DNA of 64,000 bases from Candidatus Aminicenantes bacterium (GTDB lineage Bacteria; Acidobacteriota; Aminicenantia; Aminicenantales; JAFGBC01). Positions 9,005 through 18,058 of the stretch are shown one piece after another (within the stretch, counting starts at the first letter, position 1; each line of letters starts with the position of its first letter). Location of the stretch: NCBI GenBank assembly GCA_963702005.1, contig OY969696.1:1088001-1152000 (forward strand), in the 5' to 3' direction. The position numbers and the translations under genes are program-made. Below the pieces are notes generated by a model. That model searched no databases. It was not told where the DNA came from and worked only from the letters and a program-made list of their open reading frames with translations.

Positions 9005-9853
9005 ATGAATAGACTAACTGCAAGACAACATTGGGATAAAATATGGAGCCGAAATGATATAAATAAAATATTAGCTGCTCAGAAAAGAAGATCAAGAATA
9101 AATAAAAAATGGCCTTTATTTTATTCATATTCGGATTATTTATTAGAAAATGTTGTTTTAGAAAAAATGTTACGTACTTTGAAAGGCGGCAGAGTATTGG
9201 AAGTGGGCAGTTCTCCTGGAACGTTTCTTGTGATGCTGAATAAGAGATTTTCATTAGTACCATACGGAGTCGAATATTCAGAGTCTGGTGTTACCCTAAA
9301 TAAAAAAATATTCTGTATCAATGGACTAAACCCAGAAAATATTATTTATGCGGATTTTTTTGCGGATGATTTTCATCTGAGATATAAAGAGAGTTTTGAT
9401 GTTGTAGTTTCTCGTGGTTTTATCGAGCATTTTACTAATACTAATCTTGTAATTGACATGCACCTTCATGTGCTTAAGGAAGGTGGAATTCTTATTGTGA
9501 GTATACCCAATTTGCATGTAAATAGCATTTACAGAAGATGGGCTAATCATTATGATCGTGAACGCCTAGTTACACATAATTTAGACATCATGTCTGAAGA
9601 TAAATTTTGCTGCATATTCAATAGGAGCGATTTGAAAATGTTGTTTTCTGGCTATTTTGGTACCTGCAGATTAAGTAACCTTGGAACAGCTAATTCAATA
9701 GGAACTAGAATAGTTATTTCTGCATGCCATAGAATCCAGAGATTTATTGATCCAATACTTCATTTGCTCTTTAGAAACAAAGGTTTTGAAGGGCCCAAAT
9801 TTAGCCCTATATTGCTATATGTTGGCCGTAAAAATAATAATATGGATAGATGA
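9005..9853 (+). CDS. Class I SAM-dependent methyltransferase
   Basis: RVLEVGSSPG, GVEYS, FDVVVSRGFIEH, LKEGGILIVSIPN. Confidence 0.85.
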   Translation: MNRLTARQHWDKIWSRNDINKILAAQKRRSRINKKWPLFYSYSDYLLENVVLEKMLRTLKGGRVLEVGSSPGTFLVMLNKRFSLVPYGVEYSESGVTLNKKIFCINGLNPENIIYADFFADDFHLRYKESFDVVVSRGFIEHFTNTNLVIDMHLHVLKEGGILIVSIPNLHVNSIYRRWANHYDRERLVTHNLDIMSEDKFCCIFNRSDLKMLFSGYFGTCRLSNLGTANSIGTRIVISACHRIQRFIDPILHLLFRNKGFEGPKFSPILLYVGRKNNNMDR

Positions 9854-9869
9854 TAAGCATATTTTCTTG

Positions 9870-10287
9870 AAGAATTGGCTAATTTTAGGAGCTTTACATC
9901 CACCTGAACATGATGGCAAGGGACTTGCTTTGAATAAAGCTTATAAAGAGCCTTTAGAGTTTTAGGACGCGCGTTTCTCGGAAGAAGGCGCATGCAATTG
10001 CGAATGAGTACTCCTCGGACGCCACCGGTGGAGATTTTAATCTAATGATAACGGTCTAAGTACCAGGAGATTCGTTTCGGACCGATATGATAGTTTCTTC
10101 GAAGATAGAGGATCTTTTCCTCGATTGCTTGAGGGACTCTTCTTTTTAGATTTTGTGGGCATGGACTGGAATTAATGAGCGCCGTCTCTCCGAATGCTGC
10201 ATAAGCCCTTTTCCATTGATAATATATTTCCTTTGAGAATCCGAAGTATCTACAGGTTTTTGAGCAGTTTCTTTTGGCTATAGTCAT
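9870..10287 (-). pseudogene. IS481-family transposase remnant
   Basis: SKTCRYFGFSKEIYYQWKRAY HTH ... ILYLRRNYHIGPKRISWYLDRYH*IKISTGGVRGVLIR ... HHVQVDVK. In-frame TAG at 10042-10044; truncated just after the first DDE aspartate. Confidence 0.8.
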
Positions 10288-10348
10288 CTTAAGCTCCGAT
10301 TGATAAGGAAATGGCCATATCTGTCAACCGAAGTCAAGATTTTCAGAC

Positions 10349-11545
10349 ATGAGAGTCCTTCACGTAGTTAAAACAACGGACGGCGCCGCATGGGCTGCCG
10401 CTCAAGCCGCTGTGTTGTCGCATCTAGGAATCGAAGTGCATGTCGCATTACCTTTGGATAAGGGGATAGCAGTTGTTCGTTGGAAAGTTGCGGGCGCAAA
10501 GATTCATATTATTGATTGTAGCTTACCCGTTCTTTTTCCACAGCGCATTCCTTCTAGAGCAAAGACGATAAGGGAACTTATTTCGTCTGTCAAACCGGAT
10601 ATTATTCATAGTCATTTCGTTACGACGACAATTATGCTAAGGATTGCTTTGGGACGAAATCACTACATCCCTAGGATCTTTCAAGTCCCAGGCCCGCTAC
10701 ATTTAGAATATTTTATTCCTCGTTCTATAGAAATTAGTTTAGCCGGAACTGCTGACTGGTGGGTTCCCTCGAGCCGATTCGCTCTTCAACTTTATCGTAG
10801 CCACGGCGTTCCAAATGATCGTCTTTTCTTGTCTTATTATGGAGTGGATATTGACGCTTTAAAAAAATCTATTAGTAATAAGGAAATCAGGAAACACATC
10901 GATAGTTCACATAATATGGTTGTGGGAAATGTCAATTATATGTATCCGCCGAAATACTTATTAGGTCAGACTTTCGGGATCAAGCGACATGAGGATGTAA
11001 TAGATGCGCTAAGCATTGTTCTTAGTAAAAGAACTGACGTTATGGGCTTATTAGTTGGGGGGCAATGGGGAAAGGGCACGGCTTATGAAAAGGGGTTAAA
11101 ACAGCGAGCTATGCGAGTAGGTAACGGCCGGATTCTCATGCCAGGAAGGGTTAGCAACGATGAGGCTTTAGATTGGTGGAAGCAATTTACCTGCGTTGTA
11201 CACGTGCCGATATCAGAAAACTGTGGAGGGGTTGTGGAACCGTTGATATATGGGATTCCGGTAATAGCAAGCTATGTCGGCGGCTTGCCGGAAGTAATTA
11301 TTAATGGTGTCACTGGCTGGAGCGTTCCTCCGAAAAAGCCAGTTAAACTCGCAGAAACAATTTTATATGTCTTAGATAATTTATCTGAAGCTAGACATCG
11401 GGCAGACCGAGGGCGAGAACTTGTGAGCATCATGTTCGATGTCAATAGAACCGGCGAGGAAATAGCTAATTTATATTATCATATCTTATGCGGCTCATCC
11501 CTTCCAGAGATGTTAAATTCACACAATCAAATAAGGCATGTATAA
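10349..11545 (+). CDS. Glycosyltransferase family 4
   Basis: PDIIHSH, SENCGGVVEPL, GIPVIASYVGGLPEVI. Confidence 0.85.
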   Translation: MRVLHVVKTTDGAAWAAAQAAVLSHLGIEVHVALPLDKGIAVVRWKVAGAKIHIIDCSLPVLFPQRIPSRAKTIRELISSVKPDIIHSHFVTTTIMLRIALGRNHYIPRIFQVPGPLHLEYFIPRSIEISLAGTADWWVPSSRFALQLYRSHGVPNDRLFLSYYGVDIDALKKSISNKEIRKHIDSSHNMVVGNVNYMYPPKYLLGQTFGIKRHEDVIDALSIVLSKRTDVMGLLVGGQWGKGTAYEKGLKQRAMRVGNGRILMPGRVSNDEALDWWKQFTCVVHVPISENCGGVVEPLIYGIPVIASYVGGLPEVIINGVTGWSVPPKKPVKLAETILYVLDNLSEARHRADRGRELVSIMFDVNRTGEEIANLYYHILCGSSLPEMLNSHNQIRHV

Positions 11546-12179
11546 TATTCTTATAAAAAAATGGATTGATAATTTCGTGTGTTTTTTGTGTTTTATTTTG
11601 TTCTCTCCACTATTCTACATAGCGGCCATTGTCGTTATTTTATTCATTGGCAGGCCGATCATTTTCACCCAGGACAGGCCGGGAAAAGGAGGAAAGCCGT
11701 TCAGATTGTATAAATTCCGTACCATGACCAATGAAAGAGATAAAAACGGGCGTTTATTACCTGACGAAAACCGGATTAATAAAATAGGCAAAGCGATTCG
11801 TTCGACTAGCCTCGATGAATTGCTGGAGCTGATCAACGTGATGAAGGGCGAGATGAGCCTAATCGGGCCGAGGCCGTTACTTATGGAATATCTCCCACTC
11901 TATACAAAAGAGCAATTCCGTCGGCATGAGGTTTTGCCGGGGATCACGGGATTGGCTCAAGTATCGGGGCGAAACGAGCTTTCCTGGGAGGAAAAGTTTA
12001 AGCTAGATGTCTGGTACGTCGATCATCAGAGCTTTTGGTTAGATATGAAGATTCTGTTCCGTAGTTTCGTCTATGTCATATCCAGAAAAGGCATTGGAGC
12101 TAATGGACACGCGACAATGCCGAAGTTCCAGGGAACAATTGAAGGAAGCCCATTTCCCAATAAATTTTCTGAGAGTTGA
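11538..12179 (+). CDS. Undecaprenyl-phosphate sugar phosphotransferase (PglC/EpsL-like)
   Basis: YKFRTM, RSTSLDEL, GEMSLIGPRPLL, PGITGLAQVSGRN, LDVWYVDH. Confidence 0.9.
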   Translation: MYNILIKKWIDNFVCFLCFILFSPLFYIAAIVVILFIGRPIIFTQDRPGKGGKPFRLYKFRTMTNERDKNGRLLPDENRINKIGKAIRSTSLDELLELINVMKGEMSLIGPRPLLMEYLPLYTKEQFRRHEVLPGITGLAQVSGRNELSWEEKFKLDVWYVDHQSFWLDMKILFRSFVYVISRKGIGANGHATMPKFQGTIEGSPFPNKFSES

Positions 12180-12183
12180 GATC

Positions 12184-12819
12184 ATGAAATCAAAATCAGT
12201 GGTGATTATCGGTGCCGGCGGGCATGCCAAGGTCGTAATAGATACCTTAACAAGCGCAGGATACAATGTTTCCGCAATCTATGATGATGATCCAAAGAAG
12301 CAGGGAACTCGTTTCCTCGACATTCCTATTCAAGGCCCAATTAATGAGGCATTCATAAAATCGAAAGGCTCAGAGCCTGCTGTAATCGGGATAGGTGATA
12401 ACTTAGTCCGCAAAAAAATCGCCGAGCGATTGCCGGGCATGAAATGGGCAACCGCCGTTCACCCGTATTCCTACGTGGCCTCCTCGGCAATAATAGGCCC
12501 CGGATCGGTGGTGTTTGCTGGGGCGATATTACAGCCCTATTGTGAAATTGGATCCCACTGCATCATCAATACGGGAGCCATGGTCGATCATGATTGCTTG
12601 ATCGGTGATTTCGTTCATATTGCGCCGGGGAACAGGATCGCCGGAAATGTTACTTTGGGCGCAGGTGTTTTTTTAGGAATCGGCTGTTCTGTAATTCCCG
12701 GCATTAAAGTAGGAGAGTGGACAGTGGTGGGGGCCGGGGCTGCGGTCGTCCGGGATATCCCTGCAAAAGTAACCGCGATTGGCGTTCCGGCCAGAGTAAC
12801 AAAGAGCCATGATAGATAA
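12184..12819 (+). CDS. Sugar N-acetyltransferase (PglD/NeuD family)
   Basis: IIGAGGHAKVV, GIGDN..R, INTGAMVDHDC, hexapeptide repeats, GVPAR. Confidence 0.9.
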   Translation: MKSKSVVIIGAGGHAKVVIDTLTSAGYNVSAIYDDDPKKQGTRFLDIPIQGPINEAFIKSKGSEPAVIGIGDNLVRKKIAERLPGMKWATAVHPYSYVASSAIIGPGSVVFAGAILQPYCEIGSHCIINTGAMVDHDCLIGDFVHIAPGNRIAGNVTLGAGVFLGIGCSVIPGIKVGEWTVVGAGAAVVRDIPAKVTAIGVPARVTKSHDR

Positions 12820-13957
12820 GATAAAGCGGATCTATCTTTCTCCGCCTCACTTGGGGGGGCAAGAGGAGGACTTTGTCAAAGATGCCTTCGCGAGCAACTG
12901 GATCGCACCCTTGGGGCCTCAAGTGGACGCTTTCGAGAGGGAGGTTGCCCAAAAGGTGGGAGCCGCTGGAGCCCTCGCGCTGTCTTCTGGAACCGCGGCT
13001 ATGCACTTGGCGCTCAGGTATATCGGCATCGGGCCGGGGGACGTCGTTTTTTCTTCAAGCCTTACATTCATCGGGAGCTGCAACCCGGTCCTCTACCAGG
13101 GCGGAACCCTTGTCTTTATCGATTCGGAGCCAGGGACCTGGAACATGTCTCCGGCTGCACTGGCAAAAGCCGTTGCCGAGGCGGAGAAGACGAATAATCT
13201 TCCCAAAGCCGTTATAGTGACTAATCTTTACGGCCAGAGCGCGGATTATGACTCGATCAAGGCGGTCTGCGAACCAAAGGGCGTCCCGGTGATCGAGGAT
13301 GCGGCCGAATCGATTGGAGCGACCTATAGAGGGAAGAGTAGCGGGACGGCTGGAGATTTGGGAATATACTCCTTCAACGGGAATAAAATCCTGACGACCT
13401 CCGGGGGCGGGATGCTCGTGGCCCATGATGTTGAAGTCTTGGCCAAGGTCCGCTTTTGGGCCACCCAGGCGAGAGACCGCGCGCGGCATTATGAACACAG
13501 CGAGCTCGGTTACAACTACCGGATGAGCAATATCCTGGCCGCGATCGGCCGCGGGCAACTCCGGGTCCTGGAGGAAAGGATCAAGAGGAAAAAAGAGATC
13601 TATTCCTTCTATAAAAGCGCGCTTTCCGACATCGAGGAGATCTCGTTGATGCCGATCGCGGATTACGGCAAGCCGAATTATTGGCTCACGGTTATAACCA
13701 TCGCGGCTGGAAGCCGCATCCGGCCGGACGATATCATGAACTCTCTCGAGGCCGAGAATATAGAATCCCGGCCCGTCTGGAAGCCCATGCACCTTCAGCC
13801 GCTGTATAAAGAGAGTAAATACTTCGCCCACGATGGGAACGTGAGCGTGTCGGACGATATATTTTTCCGAGGTGTCTGCCTGCCGTCCGGGACGGCCTTG
13901 ACGGACCTCGAGCTTGGATATATCGTTGCTCTGATCAGGAAGGCCTTCGGGAAATAA
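12809..13957 (+). CDS. DegT/DnrJ/EryC1/StrS aminotransferase (PglE/EpsN-like)
   Basis: IYLSPPH, SNWIAPLGP, IEDAAES, SFNGNKILTTSGGG, GYNYRMSN. Confidence 0.92.
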   Translation: MIDKIKRIYLSPPHLGGQEEDFVKDAFASNWIAPLGPQVDAFEREVAQKVGAAGALALSSGTAAMHLALRYIGIGPGDVVFSSSLTFIGSCNPVLYQGGTLVFIDSEPGTWNMSPAALAKAVAEAEKTNNLPKAVIVTNLYGQSADYDSIKAVCEPKGVPVIEDAAESIGATYRGKSSGTAGDLGIYSFNGNKILTTSGGGMLVAHDVEVLAKVRFWATQARDRARHYEHSELGYNYRMSNILAAIGRGQLRVLEERIKRKKEIYSFYKSALSDIEEISLMPIADYGKPNYWLTVITIAAGSRIRPDDIMNSLEAENIESRPVWKPMHLQPLYKESKYFAHDGNVSVSDDIFFRGVCLPSGTALTDLELGYIVALIRKAFGK

Positions 13958-13982
13958 TCAAAGGGGAGAGCAGGAGGGGGAG

Positions 13983-15860
13983 ATGAGGATCGACAAATAT
14001 TTGCTGACGAGAACCAATCAGCTCATCATCGATATCTTGATTTTCGGGATATCGTTCCTGGCGGCATTCCTGATTCGGTTCGAGGGATTTCCAAGTATTT
14101 ATCCGTTACATGGGCTGATCCTGATCTGTCCCTACGTCGTCCTGGCCAGGCTGATCCTTTTCGCCCTCTTCAGGGTCTATTCGATCACCTGGCGTTTTAT
14201 TTCCATCTACGACGCGCGCAAAATCGTCGGCGCCATCCTCCCCGGCACGGCTGCTATGCTTTTAGGCAGGATATTTATTCCGGGAAAAATCTCTTACCTG
14301 AAGCTTCCCTACGGCGTCATCACGATCGAATTCCTCCTTGTCGTCCTGGGGACTTTAGGCGTGAGGCTCCTTCGCCGGGTGACGCACGAGGCGTCGAGAC
14401 GTGAGCACTACGGGATGGAAAAAGGCCAGGGCTCAAAAGCGAGGGTGCTCCTGATCGGAGCGGGAGACGCCGGGAACATGGTGGCTAAAGAGCTGAACAC
14501 CCGGCTGGACCTGGGCTACAAGGTTGTCGGATTCGTGGACGACGATCCCGCCAAGTTCAACCAATCCATCCAGGGCGTCAAGGTCCTGGGCAGCACCTCC
14601 CGGCTTCCGGAATTGAGCCGGGAACACCAAGTCCAGGAAGCCATCATCACGATCGCCAACGCTACATCGAAGGACATCCGGCGGATCGTCGATATCTGCG
14701 GGGACACCGGGCTCAAGGTCAAGATTATTCCCGGCCTCTTCGAAATGCTGGACGACCGGATCCGGATCACCAAGATCAGGGAGATCGACATCAACGACCT
14801 TCTGGGCCGGAGCCAGGTGGATTTCAGCAATCATCAGGAGACGGTCCTGGAAAAGTATCGAGGGAAGCGCATCTTGATTACGGGCGCCGGGGGGTCGATC
14901 GGCTCCGAGCTCTGCCGCCAGCTCGTCAAGTTGTGGCCGCGCGAGCTCATTCTGGTCGATAAAGACGAAAACAGCATCTACGAGATCGACCGGGAGTTGG
15001 CCCTTCAGGAATCCGGGATCAGCGCCGCCCCCATCATCACCAACATCAAGAATTACGATAGGATGAAGCATCTCTTCAGCAAGTATCGTCCCGAGGTTGT
15101 CTTCCACGCGGCCGCCCACAAGCATGTGCCCCTGATGGAGCTGAACGTCAGCGAGGCCGTCCTCAACAATGTCGCGGGAACGAAGAACGTCGTCGAGCTG
15201 GCGATCGCCCATGGGGTGGAGAGGTTTGTCTACATCTCGACCGACAAGGCCATCAACCCGACGAGCGTCATGGGTGCGACCAAGCGGATCGGCGAGGTCC
15301 TGATCCAGGGGCTGGCCGCGGGCGGCGGGACCAAGTTCTCCTGCGTCCGGTTCGGAAACGTCATCGGGAGCCGGGGGAGTGTGGTGCCCCTCTTCCAGAA
15401 GCAGATCGACAGGGGCGGGCCGGTCACGATCACCCACCCGGACATCCGCCGCTATTTCATGTCCATCGCCGAGGCCGTCCAGCTCATCATCCAGGCCGGT
15501 ACGCTCGGGGACAAGGGCGAGATCTTCGTCCTCGACATGGGGAAGCCGATTAGGATCCTGGACCTGGCCAAGGACCTGATTCGCTTGTCCGGGTATTCCG
15601 AGAGCGACATCGAGATCAAGTTCGTGGGGCTCCGGCCGGGCGAAAAACTCTACGAGGAGACGCTCGTGGACGAGGAAAGGGACAAGGCGACCGAGTTCAG
15701 GAAAATATTCATTGCACCGCCGGCCGGACAAACCCCCGAGAAATTCGAGAGCCGGGTTGCGGAGCTATTCGCGGCCGCACAAGGTGGAAAAGACGAGGAA
15801 GTCATCCGCCGTTTGAAGGCGATGGACTTGGGCTACAATGGTGAAGCTCGGCCCCATTAG
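13983..15860 (+). CDS. UDP-GlcNAc 4,6-dehydratase (PglF/CapD/EpsC-like)
   Basis: N-terminal TMs, GAGDAG, ITGAGGSIGSEL, HAAAHKHVP, STDKA.NP.SVMGATKR, VRFGNV.GSRGSV. Confidence 0.92.
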   Translation: MRIDKYLLTRTNQLIIDILIFGISFLAAFLIRFEGFPSIYPLHGLILICPYVVLARLILFALFRVYSITWRFISIYDARKIVGAILPGTAAMLLGRIFIPGKISYLKLPYGVITIEFLLVVLGTLGVRLLRRVTHEASRREHYGMEKGQGSKARVLLIGAGDAGNMVAKELNTRLDLGYKVVGFVDDDPAKFNQSIQGVKVLGSTSRLPELSREHQVQEAIITIANATSKDIRRIVDICGDTGLKVKIIPGLFEMLDDRIRITKIREIDINDLLGRSQVDFSNHQETVLEKYRGKRILITGAGGSIGSELCRQLVKLWPRELILVDKDENSIYEIDRELALQESGISAAPIITNIKNYDRMKHLFSKYRPEVVFHAAAHKHVPLMELNVSEAVLNNVAGTKNVVELAIAHGVERFVYISTDKAINPTSVMGATKRIGEVLIQGLAAGGGTKFSCVRFGNVIGSRGSVVPLFQKQIDRGGPVTITHPDIRRYFMSIAEAVQLIIQAGTLGDKGEIFVLDMGKPIRILDLAKDLIRLSGYSESDIEIKFVGLRPGEKLYEETLVDEERDKATEFRKIFIAPPAGQTPEKFESRVAELFAAAQGGKDEEVIRRLKAMDLGYNGEARPH

Positions 15861-15880
15861 CGGGTCGGTATCGGACTCAA

Positions 15881-17122
15881 ATGCGCAAGAAAAGAGCCGG
15901 ACTCATGCTTGTTGTCCTGGGCTTCGCCCTGCTTCCGGGCCGGCTTTATCCGATCACCTGGAAGGGCCTCGTGTTGAGGCAGCAGGCGCAGGCGGCTTCC
16001 TGGCGCTTCGGCCCGTTCCATATCCAACCCTCGCTCGTCATCAGGAACGCCGGCTACGATTCGAACGTCTATTACCGTCCGGACGCCGTGGCCGATTATT
16101 GGCTGACGGCCGGCCCCGCGTTCGATATTTTTCTTCCCGTTAAGAAGAAGATCCTATTCCAGGTCTATGCCTCGCCCCAGTACGTCTATTTCAAGGAGAC
16201 GGTCCGGGAGAGGACCTGGAATTACTATACGAACGGATGGGTCCATTTGCTGCTCAACAAGTTCCTGGTCTCGGCCGGGGCAGGCTGGAGCGATGCCCGC
16301 GAGCGGTTCAGCACCGAGATCGATATCCGCCCCAGGCGCCGGGTCGAGGATTTCCAGGCCTCCATTCTCTGGCAGAAATCCCGGAAATTCTCCTTCGCCC
16401 TGGCCGGTCGGAGCTCAACCCACCGCTACGAGAGCGTCGAGTATTCCGGCTTCAATATCAGCCAGCGTCTGGACAGGACCGAGCAAACGGCGAGCGCATT
16501 CATCTATTACCAGGCGACCTCGAAAATCAGGGCGTTCGCCGAGGGCGAGTACGGAACCTACGATTTCAGGGATCCGGCGAGTGGGCGGGATTCGGAAAGC
16601 CGGGCCGTCTACGGCGGCTTCGAGCTGTCGTCTTGGAGCCGGCTCCGGGGAACGGTGCGGTTCGGCTATAAGAAGTTCAGGACGCGGGACGCGGGCCTGC
16701 CGGACTTCGAGGGGTTTGTCGGAGAGGCGAGCCTCACCCTCAGAGTCCTTCGTGTGCTGAATGTTCGGTGCTCCTACCGCCGGGACGTAAGCTTTTCCAT
16801 CTGGTTCGAGAACCCGTTCTATATCGAGAAAAGTGCGGGGGGCGGCGCCTCGTTCTATATCATGAAGCGCAAAGTCCGCCTGGACTACGATTACAGCAAG
16901 GGACACAATAGCTATCCTCTCCCGGAGGGGATGACCGCGCCGGGCGCCGGGGTTTCTAAAAGGCTGGACGACATGACGGTCCATTCCGTCGGCCTTTATA
17001 TCAGGGTCCAGGAGGGCGTGGGCCTCGGGGTCACGGCCGGGCGGCTGAAGCGTTCGATCAATGTCCTTGGATGGACGGCGGACCGGGATTTCGTCGGGCT
17101 TAACCTGACATATGATTTTTGA
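15881..17122 (+). CDS. Polysaccharide-export-associated outer-membrane beta-barrel
   Basis: Signal peptide, GYDSNVY motif, amphipathic strands, C-terminal Phe (LNLTYDF), adjacent to OPX gene. Confidence 0.75.
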   Translation: MRKKRAGLMLVVLGFALLPGRLYPITWKGLVLRQQAQAASWRFGPFHIQPSLVIRNAGYDSNVYYRPDAVADYWLTAGPAFDIFLPVKKKILFQVYASPQYVYFKETVRERTWNYYTNGWVHLLLNKFLVSAGAGWSDARERFSTEIDIRPRRRVEDFQASILWQKSRKFSFALAGRSSTHRYESVEYSGFNISQRLDRTEQTASAFIYYQATSKIRAFAEGEYGTYDFRDPASGRDSESRAVYGGFELSSWSRLRGTVRFGYKKFRTRDAGLPDFEGFVGEASLTLRVLRVLNVRCSYRRDVSFSIWFENPFYIEKSAGGGASFYIMKRKVRLDYDYSKGHNSYPLPEGMTAPGAGVSKRLDDMTVHSVGLYIRVQEGVGLGVTAGRLKRSINVLGWTADRDFVGLNLTYDF

Positions 17123-17149
17123 CCCTAAATACATGCAAGGCAGGTGGTC

Positions 17150-18046
17150 ATGAGAGGTTTTAAAGGACGGATTATCATCGGAATTGCGGCATTCTTCCTC
17201 GCGTCCGGGCTCGCTTCGGCTCTCGCGGCCTCCCAGCAGGCCGAACCTCCGGCCCCAACCGGACAGGAGCGGGATTTCTTCATCCGGGAATACATCATCG
17301 GCCCCGGGGACCTGCTCGAGCTCAAGGTCTTCGAATTGCCCGACCTCAACCAGAAAGTCCGCGTCTCCCAGGACGGGTCCATCACCCTGCCCCTCTTGGG
17401 GAGCGTCAAGGTCGGAGGGATGACCAAGGACGGGGTCGAGGCCCAGTTGGCCAAGCTTCTTGAAGCGCGATTCCTCAAGAACGCCCAGGTCTCGGTCTTC
17501 ATCCTCGAATACCAGAGCAACCGGATCGCCGTCATCGGCGCCGTCGAGAAGCCGGGGATGTACGAAATCGTCGGACGCAAGTCGCTGATCCAGATGCTTT
17601 CCCAGGCCGGCGGGCTCAAGGACAGCGCGGCCAACGATATTTATGTCCTCCGGGAAGGCAAGGACGGGGTCACCGCCTCCCTGGCCATCGACCTCGAGGA
17701 CCTGATCATCAACGGCAACCAGCAGCTCAACATTCCGCTCCAGCCCAACGACGTCGTCAACGTCCCCGTCGACCGGATGATCACGGTCTACGTCTTCGGC
17801 GAGGTCAAGCAGCCGGGCGCCATCCAGGTCAAGATGTCGAGAAAGATCACCCTCCTCCAGGCCATCGCCCAAGCCGGGGGGACGACCGAGGACGCCGCCC
17901 GGGGGAGCATCATCGTCACCCGCAAGGACAAGTCCGGGAAGGAGACCAAGATCAAGGCCAACCTCAAGGACATCATCAAGGGGAAAAAGCCCAATATTCC
18001 CCTGCTCGAGGGCGACGTCGTCTATGTGCCCACCAGCATTTTCTGA
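17150..18046 (+). CDS. wza: Polysaccharide export protein (short OPX, Poly_export + SLBB domains)
   Basis: YIIGPGDLLE, DGSITLPLLG, GAVEKPG, GEVKQPG, LLQAIAQAGG, GDVVYVP. Confidence 0.9.
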   Translation: MRGFKGRIIIGIAAFFLASGLASALAASQQAEPPAPTGQERDFFIREYIIGPGDLLELKVFELPDLNQKVRVSQDGSITLPLLGSVKVGGMTKDGVEAQLAKLLEARFLKNAQVSVFILEYQSNRIAVIGAVEKPGMYEIVGRKSLIQMLSQAGGLKDSAANDIYVLREGKDGVTASLAIDLEDLIINGNQQLNIPLQPNDVVNVPVDRMITVYVFGEVKQPGAIQVKMSRKITLLQAIAQAGGTTEDAARGSIIVTRKDKSGKETKIKANLKDIIKGKKPNIPLLEGDVVYVPTSIF

Positions 18047-18058
18047 GAGAGGATCGCG

